Numbered from the stretch's first letter, positions 1-10,646 are shown. The stretch: DNA of 64,000 nucleotides from Christensenellales bacterium (GCA_051889995.1 JBJFDL010000002.1:239927-303926), one strand, 5' to 3'. Notes: generated by a model not told the origin, from the letters alone. Made by a program: numbers and translations.

Positions 1-2058
1 TTTAAAATATAAATTATTCCCGTAATACTCTTTTAAAATACCGTGCAAATAATATCTATTTTTTACCCCAATTCCTTTAAGCAAATCTTCAAATCTTAAA
101 TATAATCCACCCGTAGCAAAAACTTCTCTATCACTTTTCATGATAAAATCATATATTGGTTCAATTAGTTCGCGACTTTTTAAAAACATACTTTTCAATC
201 CATATATACCTCTGCCTATAGGTATACAAATAGAAGCCACCCTCACACCAACCGCTCTAATATTATAATTCAAATCTTCGCTTGAAAAAATATTTCCACA
301 TAGTCTAATAAATTCTTGCATTTGATTTTCATCATAAATATCTATTCCATTTGGATAATTTTTTTGTAGCACTATTTCATACTTATCTGAATTAGTAATT
401 CTATTTTTTGAATATGCTCCATATTTATTAGAAAAATCAATCTTAAATAATATCTCAATATCTTGTTTTTCTATATGAACATCATTCAATTTTAATTTAT
501 TTTGAATTTTTTCTATGTAAACATTAATTTCATTAAACAAAATTATATCTGGTAACTTTGAAATTATTTCCTTATAATTTTCAACCCAATCATTTCCAAT
601 TATAAATAAATCATAATCTTTATAATAATGTAAGTTTGAAAATTCACCTTCTTTGAGAATAAATATAAATAAATTTGACAATTCATTTAGTGAATTTTTA
701 AAATTATTACTAAATGCATAATTTGATTTTTTAAAAAATGATTTTAAGTAAATCTCAAACTTACCAAAATAATATGCATTTTGAAATTTTGAAATTGTTT
801 GTTTTTCTAATTGACGAACTCGTTCACGTGTTAATGCATAATCTCTACCAGAATCAAGAAGAGTCTGACCTAATGCCCTGTTATTTAAAATTGTTAAGTC
901 TCTCATCCATTCCTTGTTAGGAGTCCCATCTTTTTTAGGTTTCTTTATTATTTCTAATAAGTTATTGTAAATCAACTGTTTAAATGGAAATTTGAAACTT
1001 TCTAAAGATTTAACTAAATATAAAATATCCAGATCTTCAAAATTGCTATTATCAACATATAATTTACAAAGATCTCCTAACTTAAAAATTCCTTTATTTC
1101 TTAATGCATATGCAATTGTATTATTAAAAACGTCTTCTATTAAAATATTATAATTATCTTCACTTATTTCATCTATCTTTCCTTTAAGTAACTCAATCTG
1201 TATCTGCAAATTATCTCGTATTACTTCTTTTTGCTTACATATTAACTCAATAACTGTTAATTCTCCGCAATGCAAAAATCCTCTAATTTCTTTTTCTTTA
1301 AGTTGAGCAAATTGCTTTAACGACAAAATTTTATTATTAATTAGTACATTCTTGGCTCTAAGTGATAAGTTTAGATTTTTAATCTCATCTCTGTTACCGT
1401 TTTCGAAATTATCTATTCCGCACACAGCAAGAATATCATATTTTTCAATTAATTCTTGTTGTTTCATCAAAATTTCATAAATAGATAATCTTCCAAGGTT
1501 TTTAGTTTTTAAACATATTTCTTCAGTTAATTTCATGAATGCTTTAATAGTTCTATAACCATGTCTCATTAAACAATTAAAAGTTCTCGTAGACAAATTT
1601 AAAATTTCTATGCTATCATCCGCAGATATGCTATTCTTACTTTCATTTACAATTTTCCATGTAAAATAAACTGGACACTCTCTTTTTGGTTCATGCCTCA
1701 CATATTTTAATTTACCCATGTATTTATAATCATCTAACTTATTTTCTCTTAAAAACAAATATATTGAATTATTTTCAGAATGAATCAACTCCTGAATAAC
1801 TTTATCAGAAATTCTTTGACTTGGTTGAGATTGCCATTCAAATGTTCCATTAGAATGAATAGTCTCATCAAATTTATGACCTGATTGTTCTCTTCCGTAT
1901 GTAACAAATAAAACATAATCAGCGAGATCTGGTTGTATTCTTACTATACCTTGTAATCCCCACGTACCATTTCCCTGAGTAAAATTTGTATCGGGAGATA
2001 AGATATCATGTACGTCCTTCCTAGAATACAACTCACCTTCAATAAAATTTTTATCCAT
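1..2058 (-). CDS. DUF3427-like N-terminal domain + tandem RNA polymerase alpha-CTD-like repeats + sigma70 region 4 HTH protein (3' end outside window)
   Basis: Hand translation from ATG 2058 (absent from the ORF track because no stop occurs in the window). Motifs: MDKNFIEGELYSRKDVHDILSPDTNFTQGNGTWGLQGIV...FEWQSQPSQ...IYLFLRE; DSIEILNLSTRTFNCLMRHGY...KNLGRLS; IKNLNLSLRAKNVL...GELTV; GQTLLDSGRDYALTRERVRQLEKQ. Confidence 0.75.
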   Translation of the reverse strand, partial: MDKNFIEGELYSRKDVHDILSPDTNFTQGNGTWGLQGIVRIQPDLADYVLFVTYGREQSGHKFDETIHSNGTFEWQSQPSQRISDKVIQELIHSENNSIYLFLRENKLDDYKYMGKLKYVRHEPKRECPVYFTWKIVNESKNSISADDSIEILNLSTRTFNCLMRHGYRTIKAFMKLTEEICLKTKNLGRLSIYEILMKQQELIEKYDILAVCGIDNFENGNRDEIKNLNLSLRAKNVLINNKILSLKQFAQLKEKEIRGFLHCGELTVIELICKQKEVIRDNLQIQIELLKGKIDEISEDNYNILIEDVFNNTIAYALRNKGIFKLGDLCKLYVDNSNFEDLDILYLVKSLESFKFPFKQLIYNNLLEIIKKPKKDGTPNKEWMRDLTILNNRALGQTLLDSGRDYALTRERVRQLEKQTISKFQNAYYFGKFEIYLKSFFKKSNYAFSNNFKNSLNELSNLFIFILKEGEFSNLHYYKDYDLFIIGNDWVENYKEIISKLPDIILFNEINVYIEKIQNKLKLNDVHIEKQDIEILFKIDFSNKYGAYSKNRITNSDKYEIVLQKNYPNGIDIYDENQMQEFIRLCGNIFSSEDLNYNIRAVGVRVASICIPIGRGIYGLKSMFLKSRELIEPIYDFIMKSDREVFATGGLYLRFEDLLKGIGVKNRYYLHGILKEYYGNNLYFK

Positions 2059-2177
2059 AGCAACTACCTTCACAATCTTTTGAACTATCATAGGTATTCT
2101 ACCCAATCAAACATATCAATAAAATTGTATTTCATATACTTTTTTAATTATAGCATAAAATACATGTTTCATTTATT

Positions 2178-3074
2178 TTAAACTTGTATAATCTTAAAAT
2201 ACTCTAACCATGCTTTGTATTTGTCTTGACAAGACAGACAGGTATCAGTTAAATATCCTTTTTCGTTTTTCCATTCTTTTAAACCACGATAATAAAATAA
2301 TTTATGCTCTTCATCAATAATGAATGGAATTATGTTGTTAGCAAGGCACTCTTTAAACATAATTAGACGCCCTACTCTGCCGTTGCCATCTTGGAAAGGA
2401 TGGATTGTTTCAAAGTCTCTATGAAATTCAATTATGTCATTAATAGTTTTAGTCTGTTTTGCATTGTAGTTATCTAAAAGTTTTTTAATCTCTTCTGCAA
2501 CCTTTTCTGGTGGGCAGGTTTCGTTGCCACCAACTTCGTTAGGGCGAGATTTGTATTCACCAACATTAAACCAATCTTTTCTGCTATCACTCGTTCCTGA
2601 TTTTAAAGTGTAATGCAATTCCTTGATAAACTTTTCTGTTAAAGGCTTTTTTGCATTATCAATAACCATATCCACACATTTAAAGTGATTGTTGGTCTCT
2701 ACAATATCGTCAACTTTCACGCCTTTTGTTTCGCCAAGAGTATTGGTTTCAAAAATCATACGAGTTTGGTCTTCTGTAAGTGTGCTTCCCTCAATATGAT
2801 TTGAATTATAAGTAAGTGCAATTTGAGTTTTATGATAAATTCCACCTTTAAGCTTCATATCTTTTTCTTCTTTCAATATATTAAGAAGTGGATTATCACT
2901 AAACTCTTTTCGCTCTGCCCTTTCTGGTTTTTCAGCATCTTCAGGAATTATCCATGTCTTGCCTTTCAGTTCTGCCCCCTTTACCCTACCTTGTTGGCAA
3001 TAGTTGCGAACAGACCTTTCACTAATATTCCACTTTTTAGCAATTTCTCTGGCTGTTAAAAATCCCATTAACAT
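2178..3074 (-). CDS. Fic family protein with N-terminal HTH
   Basis: Fic motif HPFQDGNGRVGR. N-terminal LTAREIAKKWNISERSVRNYC HTH. GAGGTG RBS. Confidence 0.92.
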   Translation of the reverse strand: MLMGFLTAREIAKKWNISERSVRNYCQQGRVKGAELKGKTWIIPEDAEKPERAERKEFSDNPLLNILKEEKDMKLKGGIYHKTQIALTYNSNHIEGSTLTEDQTRMIFETNTLGETKGVKVDDIVETNNHFKCVDMVIDNAKKPLTEKFIKELHYTLKSGTSDSRKDWFNVGEYKSRPNEVGGNETCPPEKVAEEIKKLLDNYNAKQTKTINDIIEFHRDFETIHPFQDGNGRVGRLIMFKECLANNIIPFIIDEEHKLFYYRGLKEWKNEKGYLTDTCLSCQDKYKAWLEYFKIIQV

Positions 3075-3098
3075 AACACCTCATTTTAATCTATTTTA

Positions 3099-3165
3099 AT
3101 TATAACCAATATCGGCAATTAAGTCAACAGATTCACAAATAAAAAATTGCCGATAACGGCAATTT
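3099..3165 (-). promoter_or_regulatory. sigma70 promoter of the fic gene with probable autoregulatory operator
   Basis: Minus strand TTGACT-17nt-TATAAT, with AATTGCCGATA inside the spacer. Palindrome AAATTGCCG-ATAA-CGGCAATTT at 3144-3165. Confidence 0.6.
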
Positions 3166-3257
3166 GAACATTTTTTATATTTATTTTAATTTTTTATTTT
3201 GTAACAAGACTTATCGGAAGTAATAATTTTGCTATCACAAAATTATTCGTGTCGTTT

Positions 3258-3407
3258 TTACGACACCGCTTGATAACTCAAACACTTCCTCGTCTTTTTA
3301 GCCTTAAATAAAATTAATTTTGTGATAACTGCATCATTAAAATTCCATATGTGGTCCATAAATTCATCTAACTGTTTCTTATCTTTTATTTCAACAAATT
3401 TATTCAT
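3258..3407 (-). pseudogene. short or truncated hypothetical gene
   Basis: AAGAGGA RBS then MNKFVEIKDKKQLDEFMDHIWNFNDAVI; only about 49 aa. Confidence 0.3.
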
Positions 3408-3417
3408 TCCTATCCTC

Positions 3418-4362
3418 TTATTTATATTCAAATTCCAGTTCAGTTTTTCGCTCATATATTTCGCCATCAAGTGGGTCTAGCATGCTTTTGGGCGTGCTTT
3501 TGCGGGCATAACAATAATTGCAACCATGGCGACAAGTATCATATCTTCCAATATCAATGGCCGGCATGCAACCACAGTATTTTCGCTGACCATCAATTTT
3601 ATTGTTTTTGCGTTTGACAGCAATATTTTGCTTTTTAAACCTTTCAGTTAAAAGTTGTTCAAATATTTCACCGTCGATGCACTTGCTTGGCACAATTCCA
3701 TATTTTTGATAATCTCCACTTTCTGCACATGCTTCAATTTGAATGCCATTTGCTTTGGCAATTTGTGAAAATGAAGCAAGTATTTCATGTTTTTGCGAAA
3801 GATTTGGAGCCCAAACTGTTTTTGCACAGCCTTTGTAGCTTTCTATAACAAAACTAATTTTACAGTGCTTAGTATAGCCTTTAAGTTCTTTGCAAAGTTT
3901 AGCAAATTCCCTTCTATGCCACTCCACATCAATATCATTTGAAAGTAAAATCGGATCATATCTCCAAATTACAGGGCAGTAAGCAGACAATTTTTTAAAA
4001 CTTTCTATTCGTTCTTCTAAATTTGGCAAGCCCGCTTCAATATGATTTGGATAAGCATTTAAGGTGTAAAGAAAATAGTATTTAATTTCTAGTTTATCTA
4101 AAACCTTCAATTTTTCAATCATTGACTCTGGGTTCTTTGTCCAAAACACAATACCTTCCAAATTTCCTTTCATTTCAATTTTCTTTTCGCCCAAAAGATT
4201 GGTTTGCAGGCTTTTTATTTTCATAGGTTCTAACTTTATTTTTGCTATTTTGTTTGGATTTATTGGATTTGGCACAAGCACAAAACCATCTTTTAACCTA
4301 TCAAAAAACCAATCTGAATAAAAGGCAGGGATATCTGTTCTTCTCGATACACTTAAAATCAT
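3418..4362 (-). CDS. DUF1848 family protein (radical-SAM-like)
   Basis: MILSVSRRTDIPAFYSDWF, FWTKNP, WRYDPI, DIGRYDTCRHGCNYCYA. Confidence 0.92.
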   Translation of the reverse strand: MILSVSRRTDIPAFYSDWFFDRLKDGFVLVPNPINPNKIAKIKLEPMKIKSLQTNLLGEKKIEMKGNLEGIVFWTKNPESMIEKLKVLDKLEIKYYFLYTLNAYPNHIEAGLPNLEERIESFKKLSAYCPVIWRYDPILLSNDIDVEWHRREFAKLCKELKGYTKHCKISFVIESYKGCAKTVWAPNLSQKHEILASFSQIAKANGIQIEACAESGDYQKYGIVPSKCIDGEIFEQLLTERFKKQNIAVKRKNNKIDGQRKYCGCMPAIDIGRYDTCRHGCNYCYARKSTPKSMLDPLDGEIYERKTELEFEYK

Positions 4363-4825
4363 TTAATTATCTTTCTCCACGAATAATAATACCATCACCG
4401 CTTAAAATTTCAAAACGTTTAAATTTAAATTTTCCATTTAGTTTTCTTAAAAGTTTGTTTATAAAATCTTGTTCTTATTTCGGCATATGGTAATTGCTGT
4501 TGATAGTGTAATCACAAATACCAACTTTACAAATTTAATATTGTGTGCTATTTTTATTATATCTTAAGAATTTTATTTGCTTAAACTCTACTCTACATAA
4601 AATCCATAAGCAAACAAGTGACGGTATGTTATTACCTCGTGGGTTGGGATGTAGTCTATGAATTCTATGTGATTGGAAAGTTTTTGAACAATAGTTGTCT
4701 TGTTTTTGCAGTTGTTTTTGCATTTTTTGTTAGCAATCCCAACCTTTTGATTTTTTGCATCTACCACCTTGTTTTTAAACTCGATCTCTTCATTCTCAAC
4801 CATAACCCCTTCCTTTCTCGTCAAA

Positions 4826-4855
4826 GGTTCGAATTGAGGTGCTCTACCGCCGCCA
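4826..4855 (+). other. tRNA 3'-end-like remnant / possible att scar
   Basis: GGTTCGAAT...CCGCCGCCA followed by a terminator-like hairpin. No 5' half and no proper T-stem. Confidence 0.35.
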
Positions 4856-4861
4856 AGAGAG

Positions 4862-4993
4862 AGTCATACGAAACATTTAGAAATAAGTGTTTCATATTTC
4901 TTTTTACATGATTGTTTTGGAATGGTTATACCTTTTGAAGTATCAAAGATAGATAATCCATCTCATCTAAATTATTTACATCAAAAAAGAGAT
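4862..4993 (+). repeat. diverged direct repeat, copy 1 (partner 10731-10849)
   Basis: AGTCATACGAAACATTTAG.AAATAAG.GTTTC.TATTTCTTTTTACA...CATCTC.TCTAA...TACATCAAAAAAGAGAT is shared by both copies. Confidence 0.8.
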
Positions 4994-5277
4994 GAGTTTG
5001 GCAACTTTTGTAAATAACTAAAATTATTAAAGTGTAATTTCCCATTTTTTATTTTTAATAATTTCACAATTGTTCCTTAATAAAATTTGAAAACTTGAAA
5101 AATATTTGCAACATTTTAGAGCGTGCTCCAAATGATTTATTTGAAGAATACTAAATTTGTAAATCATTTTTCAAATATATTATTTTGTTTTAATAAATAT
5201 TCACTCCAGTTAGATAATTTGACAAAAAAAAGAATTCCTATTTAAAATAACTTTAATGAAGATAAAGGAGCGAAAGC

Positions 5278-5439
5278 ATGATTAATCAAAACAAAGAAAA
5301 TGTTAGTGATAAAAAATTTATTACTGAAAAAACAGATATCAAAATTAGTAAAGACAGAAATACTGTTGTTTTTACCAATAAATACGAAAATGGTAAAACG
5401 AAAAAAATAACATTACACTTAAGAGATAAAAAGAATTAA
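5278..5439 (+). CDS. small hypothetical protein (53 aa)
   Basis: AAGGAG RBS. MINQNKENVSDKKFITEKTDIKISKDRNTVVFTNKYENGKTKKITLHLRDKKN; resembles the next ORF. Confidence 0.55.
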   Translation: MINQNKENVSDKKFITEKTDIKISKDRNTVVFTNKYENGKTKKITLHLRDKKN

Positions 5440-5454
5440 AAAAGGATTATATCT

Positions 5455-5625
5455 ATGGATAAAAAAAATATAATAAATGATGAAACTAAAGTGAATGTTT
5501 CTGAAGATGGAAATATTATAACATTTACGAATGTCGGTGATGACGGCAGTACATATATAAATACTTTTTACCAAAGAAATAAGGAGGAAATTGAAGAACC
5601 CGAAGAAGATTCTTCTAATAAATAA
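5455..5625 (+). CDS. small hypothetical protein (56 aa), paralog of 5278-5439
   Basis: AAGGA RBS. ...ETKVNVSEDGNIITFTNVGDDGSTYINTFYQRNK... Confidence 0.55.
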   Translation: MDKKNIINDETKVNVSEDGNIITFTNVGDDGSTYINTFYQRNKEEIEEPEEDSSNK

Positions 5626-5628
5626 ATT

Positions 5629-5844
5629 ATGCCTAAAGATAAAATAATAAAAGAAGTTGAGTCATGATTGGAAGAGAATATGCCTGATAAAGAAATAGAA
5701 TATGCCGAGTTTGAATCAAAGCATGCAAGTGGTCAAGAAAACTATGCAATTTATGTTGCAGATGAAGATATTGTAATTCAAGAAAATAATTACAAAGATG
5801 AAGATAAATCTAAACACTACGAATCTGAATGCACGGCACATTAA
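5629..5844 (+). pseudogene. small ORF with in-frame TGA (or a 54 aa ORF from ATG 5680)
   Basis: MPKDKIIKEVES*LEENMPDKEIEYAEFESKHASGQENYAIY...; TGA at 5665-5667. Confidence 0.4.
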
Positions 5845-5855
5845 AGGAGGTAATT

Positions 5856-6112
5856 ATGGAGAAAAAATATTAACAGAAGAAGAATATATTGTGCAAGACA
5901 TAGAATATTTTAAAAATGCCATCAAGAAGATGATAAAAATGCTTGATGGTTCAAAAAAAGAAGTAGATGGTTCAAACCATGTGGCTAAGCACCCAAATGG
6001 AATGATTAATATGGCAATCTACGATGCTAAAACTAATACGATAACTCAATATAACAATGTTTCTAAAAATAACACAAAAGGCACTTCAAGTATCAAATAT
6101 AGTTTAGATTAA
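5856..6112 (+). pseudogene. small ORF frameshifted in an A6 run, paralog of 5629-5844
   Basis: Strong AAGGAGGT RBS + ATG GAG AAA AAA TAT TAA. One extra A would join it to the ILTEEEY...AKHPNGMINMAIYDAK frame. Confidence 0.45.
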
Positions 6113-6226
6113 GTGGGTTTTTTCAATAGCATTGTTTTTGATTCCATGTAAGGATAAAACGATAAAATTGAATATTTGCATATTTTATAAAAATACGATC
6201 GAATTTGCAATATTTTTATGAAAAAT

Positions 6227-6262
6227 AAAAGGAACTATACTAATAAAGTATAATTCCTTTTT
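6227..6262. terminator. bidirectional intrinsic terminator
   Basis: AAAAGGAACTATACT-AATAA-AGTATAATTCCTTTTT hairpin between convergent genes. Confidence 0.6.
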
Positions 6263-6321
6263 GCTATTAAAAGCTTTGTATTATTATTGCAATTTTTATT
6301 TTTTACGTCTTTTTATAACAA

Positions 6322-6497
6322 CTATTTTAATAGCTCATCAATGGAGATGTCAAAAAGTTAGCAATATTTATTATATTGCTTGCAGTTGATTCATACTTAC
6401 CATTTTCCCAAAACGAAATCATAGCCTTTAGGCCTCTCGGTTTGTCAGCAAGGTCTGGTTTAGAATACTTGTAATTAAGTCTTAGCACTTTTAACGA
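6322..6497 (-). pseudogene. XRE-family HTH regulator remnant
   Basis: ...YSKPDLADK...MISFWENGKYESTASNIINIANF/DISIDELLK* with frameshifts. Confidence 0.55.
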
Positions 6498-6503
6498 AAT
6501 TAA

Positions 6504-8576
6504 TTAATAATTATCTTGTTTTATTTCAAAGAAACTTTTTGCAAAGCCACAAACTTCACAGTAATTTGGGGCAACACGTCCAATAACAACGTGTCCACAA
6601 TTCTTACATTCCCAAATTTTAATTTCACTTTTTTCAAAAACCTTTGAAGTTTCAACATTTTTAAGTAATGCACGGTATCTTTCTTCATGCAATTTTTCAA
6701 TTTCAGCAACTTTTCTAAATTTATTTGCTAGTTCAGGAAAGCCTTCTTTTTCTGCAGTTTTTGCAAATCCATCATACATGTCAGTCCACTCATAATTTTC
6801 TCCCTCTGCTGCGTGAAGTAAATTCTCTGCAGTATTTCCAAGTTCCCCAAGTTCATTAAACCATAATTTTGCATGTTCTCTTTCATTTTCTGCAGTTTTA
6901 ATAAACAAATCGGCAATTTGTTCAAATCCTTCGCTTCTAGCAATATTTGCAAAGAATGTATATTTATTTCGTGCTTGACTTTCTCCAGCAAAAGCAGTTT
7001 GCAAATTTTTTTCAGTTTCCGTGCCCTTATATTTATTTGTAGATTGCTCTTTCAATTCAACTTCTCTTGTTCCAACAATTTCAAGTGAATCGCCTTTTTG
7101 ATGACAAAATGGGCAAATTGCTTCTTTGCCTTGTTCAATTTCAAAAATTTTTCCACAAATCTTACATTTATATTTAACAAATATTTTTTTCATTTTTTCT
7201 TCTCCTTTTTTGTTTTGACCTAAATCCTTACTTCTATCTATGTAATTAGTGTGTAGCAACTTAACAGCGAGTTCACTGTGAGGAGCAATTAAATAGTCTT
7301 TATATAGTTTCAAAATTTCAGGATTTTCATGTGAGGTTCTCAACGACATAGAATTATCTTTTGCATATAAAGAAGCAATTCTTGCTTTTTGTGCCTCTTC
7401 ATCCTCTGCAAAATGTTTTGGTTGACCACCTCCACCTATGCAACCACCTGGGCAAGTCATGATTTCTATAAAATCATAATTTTCGCCATTCTTAACTTTA
7501 TCGATAATAATTCTAGCATTTGAAAGACCATAAACAACGGCAACTTTAACTTTTATGCCATCAATGTCTATTTCTGCTTCTTTTATACCATCATATCCTC
7601 TAACAGGTTCAAGATTTAACAACAATTCACTTGGCTGTTTTTTTGTTATGTAACTATATGCTGTTCTAACAGCTGCTTCCATCACACCACCAGTGTTTCC
7701 AAAAATAATTCCAGCACCACTTGCCATGCCCATGAATTTATCAAATTCAGCATCTTCTAAATCATCAAGAGAAATTCCTTTTTCTTTTGCCCATTTGCTT
7801 AGCTCAACCGTTGTGATGCAATAATCCATATCTCTCATATCTTTTGAATTATTAACTTTGGCAGAAATATTCATTTCATTTCTTCTGATTTCAAACTTTT
7901 TAGCAACACAAGGCGTTAGCGCAACATTTACTATATTTTCTGGATTAATTCCCATAAGTTTTGCAAAATAAGTTTTAATTATTGGACCTTGCATGCCAAT
8001 TGGACTTTTGCAAGTTGAAACATTTGGCAGAATTTCAGGATAGAAAGTTTCAGCAAATTTTATCCACGCAGGACAGCAACTTGTAAATTGTGGCAAAGGC
8101 TTATCTTTTTTTGTTATACGATTGATAAGTTCAGTCGCTTCTTCACAAATTGTTAAATCGGCTGAAAAGTTAGTGTCAAGCACAAACTTAAAACCTAATT
8201 TTTTTAACAAAGCAACCATTTTTCCTTGCACAAAACTTCCAAACGGAAGGCCAAACGCTTCTCCAAGTCCAACTCTAACCGATGGCGATGTTGAAACAAT
8301 AACGACTTTATTAGGGTCTAATATGGCTTTTTCTACTTGTTTATATTCTTCTTTGCCACTCAAACTGTCAGCTGGACAAACTTTAACACATTGTCCACAA
8401 TTAACACAAACCGATTTATCACAAGTTTGAGTTAAATCATAGTGATTGTTAACGCTAACAAATTCATCACAAATTTTAGCACATTGCCCACATTTAATAC
8501 ATTTGCTTTCATCTCTTTTAACAGAGGGGTTGTCCTCATCTATTGCAACTCTTATTTTTTGACTTAAATGTTTCAT
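6504..8576 (-). CDS. hydA: [FeFe]-hydrogenase (group A-like, 2x[4Fe-4S] F-domain) fused to a rubredoxin-like domain and rubrerythrin
   Basis: CIKCGQC and [13 protein letters not shown]-cluster motifs [31 protein letters not shown]. Then [46 protein letters not shown]. Confidence 0.93.
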   Translation of the reverse strand: MKHLSQKIRVAIDEDNPSVKRDESKCIKCGQCAKICDEFVSVNNHYDLTQTCDKSVCVNCGQCVKVCPADSLSGKEEYKQVEKAILDPNKVVIVSTSPSVRVGLGEAFGLPFGSFVQGKMVALLKKLGFKFVLDTNFSADLTICEEATELINRITKKDKPLPQFTSCCPAWIKFAETFYPEILPNVSTCKSPIGMQGPIIKTYFAKLMGINPENIVNVALTPCVAKKFEIRRNEMNISAKVNNSKDMRDMDYCITTVELSKWAKEKGISLDDLEDAEFDKFMGMASGAGIIFGNTGGVMEAAVRTAYSYITKKQPSELLLNLEPVRGYDGIKEAEIDIDGIKVKVAVVYGLSNARIIIDKVKNGENYDFIEIMTCPGGCIGGGGQPKHFAEDEEAQKARIASLYAKDNSMSLRTSHENPEILKLYKDYLIAPHSELAVKLLHTNYIDRSKDLGQNKKGEEKMKKIFVKYKCKICGKIFEIEQGKEAICPFCHQKGDSLEIVGTREVELKEQSTNKYKGTETEKNLQTAFAGESQARNKYTFFANIARSEGFEQIADLFIKTAENEREHAKLWFNELGELGNTAENLLHAAEGENYEWTDMYDGFAKTAEKEGFPELANKFRKVAEIEKLHEERYRALLKNVETSKVFEKSEIKIWECKNCGHVVIGRVAPNYCEVCGFAKSFFEIKQDNY

Positions 8577-8904
8577 ATTTTCTCCTTAAAACTTAATTTT
8601 AATTGACAATAAAGTTAAATATTTACATTAATATTTATGTTTATTTTTATGATATAATACTTAATTTTAATTCAATTATTAATTTGGTTTTTCATTAACA
8701 TTATAACAAAAACAAAAATAAAAACAAACAAGTTTTAGCTCAAATTTCGACAAAATTTTAGTTTTTTAACTATAAAAATTATGAATTGAAAAACGTAAAT
8801 AACATTATTATTTATGTGTTTTTACGACTCATGATTGACTAAAGTTAAAATAAAAAACCTTAGCTTTTTGCTAGAAAAAAGAAAAAACGTTTATGTTAAC
8901 GCTA

Positions 8905-9283
8905 CTAACCAGAAAAACAAAAGTTAATAAATCCACCATTAACATAAGGAAATTTTGCAAGTTCTTCATCTAAATATTTCTCTTTATTCTGAATTTTGGT
9001 ATCTAACACTTTGAATAAGGCAATTAAAGCACACCTCGTATCTTTAATTGCAAACCTTTGAAGATGGTTGTGAAATGCAAGTTTTTCGGCGAACAATATC
9101 TTCCACGTATAAACAAAATATAAGTCTTACGCAAAGTTCATTAAGACTTTTTAATTCTTCATCTTTTTCTTTATATTGTTTTAATATGGCATCATAAAGA
9201 ACACCAACGATTTCACCTGCTTTAATAGAAATTTCCATTTTTTTTTTAATGTTCTCATTTTTGCTATTTACAATAAATTGCAA
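8905..9283 (-). pseudogene. fragment of an MmeI-like (type IIL) restriction-modification enzyme
   Basis: LNELCVRLIFCLYVED and LAKFPYVNGG lie in two different frames; truncated at both ends. Confidence 0.7.
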
Positions 9284-9368
9284 ACGATAATAATCTTTTA
9301 CTAGGTTTTTTAAGTAAAATTATCTAGATTTCTACAATTTTTATGATATAATTTTGAAAGGAGCAGTT

Positions 9369-10646
9369 ATGGATAAAAAGTTAACCGAAAATGAATTATT
9401 TAAGTTAAACCCTTTTAAGGAAAGATATTTCAATTCTAATTATAGAGCTTGCGTTGGGAATAATTCTGGAGTCTCTCCAAATTTCAGAGATTGTATAATC
9501 ATTGATGGGTATAAAGCATCAGTTGAAAAATTATATCAAGATATGATTGAAAAAACTATTTGGATAGATATTGGTGTTTATCCTTTTATTTTTTGTTGTA
9601 GGCATTCAATTGAGTTGTCTTTAAAAGTTATAATTAAAAATTTGATAATAATTTATAAAAGAAAAAACAATATAAAAACTAGAAATGATTATATTTGTAA
9701 ACTAGAAAGAGTTTGCAAACAACATAACATATATTCATTATATAACGAGTTAATTAACTTCAAAGATTTTAAAAATGAATTGCAAGAAGCTTTTGATAAT
9801 TTTGGACATTTTGAAGATTGTATTAAAGATTATTTCTTTGACGTAGATGGAGATAGTTTTAGATATACATATAAAAGAAACTTGGAAAACATAAATCTCT
9901 CAGAAATAATAATTATTGATATTGGAGTTTTATATTGGAAATATAAAAAGCTTATGTCTTTTCTTGATTATATGATTAATCAATTTAGTAGACAGTTAAA
10001 TATTAACTATTTACAAACTTATACTCAACATTTAGGTAGACAAAAAATTGAAGAGTTGTCTTTAGATTTAAAAGATTTAAATAAATGGTCAAAAACAGAA
10101 ACGATTAAAAATAAAAATACTCTGTGTTTAAAATATGGAATTAGTTCTACTGAATTTGATAAAGCGTTAAAAATAATTAAATCTCACTATTCTTTTGCTG
10201 TAAATATTGGTCTTGAAAACAAATTTAAAAATCTTACAGAAGATTTTTTTCGCAAGATTGGAGAAGTCTACAATATGTTTATCAAAAAAGAAGCTGCAAA
10301 ATTAAAAAATTCCAATATCGCTATCGATATTACAGAAATTGATAAATATTCACCACTTAGTGAAGAATATAATAATTTTTGCGATAAGATAACAAAGAGT
10401 TTATCTGCAGATGAAAAGAAAATAATTCTTACATTTTACGAAGTTGCCTCACGCCCCATGGATGGTGACTATATCTGTGAAGATATCGACTACTTATTTA
10501 CAACTTGGGAAGATAACCTAGATAATGACTATGTTTCAGAAAAAATTGACTATTTAATAAGTAGTAAAAAACTACGCGAAGCACTTCTGATGTGTGGACA
10601 AACTACATATTTAAAATGGTTTGATAAATATATCCAATATGATTAA
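9369..10646 (+). CDS. hypothetical protein, HEPN-like N-terminal region
   Basis: AAGGAG RBS. YPFIFCCRHSIELSLK...HNIYSL...DGDSFRY pattern. Confidence 0.6.
   Translation: MDKKLTENELFKLNPFKERYFNSNYRACVGNNSGVSPNFRDCIIIDGYKASVEKLYQDMIEKTIWIDIGVYPFIFCCRHSIELSLKVIIKNLIIIYKRKNNIKTRNDYICKLERVCKQHNIYSLYNELINFKDFKNELQEAFDNFGHFEDCIKDYFFDVDGDSFRYTYKRNLENINLSEIIIIDIGVLYWKYKKLMSFLDYMINQFSRQLNINYLQTYTQHLGRQKIEELSLDLKDLNKWSKTETIKNKNTLCLKYGISSTEFDKALKIIKSHYSFAVNIGLENKFKNLTEDFFRKIGEVYNMFIKKEAAKLKNSNIAIDITEIDKYSPLSEEYNNFCDKITKSLSADEKKIILTFYEVASRPMDGDYICEDIDYLFTTWEDNLDNDYVSEKIDYLISSKKLREALLMCGQTTYLKWFDKYIQYD

Noticed and set aside
4826-4855. Functional tRNA
   Set aside because: Only TTCGA and CCA-end similarity; no cloverleaf.
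5798-5855. ORF-track start of the 104 aa ORF at 5798
   Set aside because: It overlaps the upstream small ORF and reads through a strong RBS; the real start is more likely ATG 5856.
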